From: Chromatiaceae bacterium
GTDB taxonomy: Bacteria; Pseudomonadota; Gammaproteobacteria; Chromatiales; Chromatiaceae
DNA length: 64,000 nt
Direction of reading: 5' to 3'
NCBI GenBank assembly: GCA_024235395.1
Contig: JACKMK010000001.1
Coordinates: 58,445 to 122,444 of the forward strand
Shown: positions 63,353 to 64,000 of the stretch, piece after piece
Numbering within the stretch: the first letter of the stretch is position 1
How the letters are laid out: each line of letters begins with the position of its first letter
Position numbers and translations under genes: made by a program
Notes under the pieces: generated by a model
Told to the model about the DNA's origin: nothing
What the model saw: only the letters and a program-made list of their open reading frames with translations
Databases searched by the model: none

Positions 63353-64000
63353 ATGGCAAAACGCCTGCTGATCGTTCTGACCCTGTTCCTGCTGGCCTCG
63401 ATGTTCTGGCAGGCGATCTCCCACTATACCGAGAAGACGGCGCTTTCTCCGCTGGCGACGCGCTATGTCACCCAGGGGCCGGACGAACTGGGGGCGCAAA
63501 ACCTGGTGACCGCGGTTGTCGTGACCTATCGCGGACTCGACACCCTGGGCGAGGTCACGGTGCTGTTCCTGTCGGCAGCGGCGGTCGGTCTGCTGCTGAC
63601 GCTCGGTGGCCGGGAGGCGGCGGAACAACCGCCGACCCCTGCGAGCGAGCTGGTCCAGACGGCGGTGCAGTATCTGTTCCCGATCGTGCTGCTATTCGGG
63701 ATATACATCTTCGCCAACGGTCACCTGACGCCCGGCGGTGGCTTCCAGGGCGGCGCAGTGATCGCTTCGGCGACCCTGCTGCTGTTCCTTGCACTGCCGC
63801 TTTCACGCCTGCGCCACATGCTGCTGTCACTGACCGAGTCGCTGTCGGGATTCGGATATGTCGTGATCGGCGTACTCGGACTGGTCCTGGCCGGTGGTTT
63901 CCTCGACAACCGGGCGCTGCCGCTCGGTGAGTACGGCCATCTGTTCAGTGCCGGTGCCATTCCGGTGATCTACGTATTCATCGGCCTCAAGGTCGGTACC
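63353..64000 (+). CDS. mnhB: Na+/H+ antiporter subunit B (MnhB), partial (runs off the window)
   Basis: Not in the ORF track. Manual translation shows NLVTAVVVTYRGLDTLGE and GHLTPGGGFQGG. Confidence 0.85.
   Translation, partial: MAKRLLIVLTLFLLASMFWQAISHYTEKTALSPLATRYVTQGPDELGAQNLVTAVVVTYRGLDTLGEVTVLFLSAAAVGLLLTLGGREAAEQPPTPASELVQTAVQYLFPIVLLFGIYIFANGHLTPGGGFQGGAVIASATLLLFLALPLSRLRHMLLSLTESLSGFGYVVIGVLGLVLAGGFLDNRALPLGEYGHLFSAGAIPVIYVFIGLKVGT

Overview
GC-rich bacterial DNA, most consistent with a Gammaproteobacterium with sulfur-relay genes (inferred from DsrE- and DsrC-like genes, a cyd operon and a VPLPA-CTERM gene). In order the window holds: a DsrE-like fragment, ChaB, a PRC-barrel protein, a rhomboid protease and DUF202; cydA-cydB-cydX coupled to a DsrC/TusE-like gene; YfdX; a secreted lysyl-endopeptidase-like protease; a chemoreceptor and output-less sensor proteins; an orphan retron-like reverse transcriptase preceded by about 340 nt of highly structured sequence; iorAB-like molybdoenzyme genes, a TAXI binding protein and a PAS sigma-54 activator; a cyanate ABC/cobW/WD40/cynS/hupE operon; a VPLPA-CTERM gene and a 10-kb secreted RHS protein behind a sigma-54 promoter; a degenerate GAF-GGDEF gene; K+ channel/TrkA; msrAB; a TPR-HupE-DUF4331-ECF sigma-ChrR operon; a GMC oxidoreductase; recQ; an ArsB/NhaD permease and CBS protein; and the start of an mrp/mnh antiporter cluster. 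I saw no tRNA, rRNA, CRISPR array, integrase or transposase. The best candidate for an undescribed system is the RT plus its upstream putative ncRNA (15305-16965). All family assignments come from motif recognition by eye, not database searches, and several start codons were moved from the ORF track to more plausible downstream starts.
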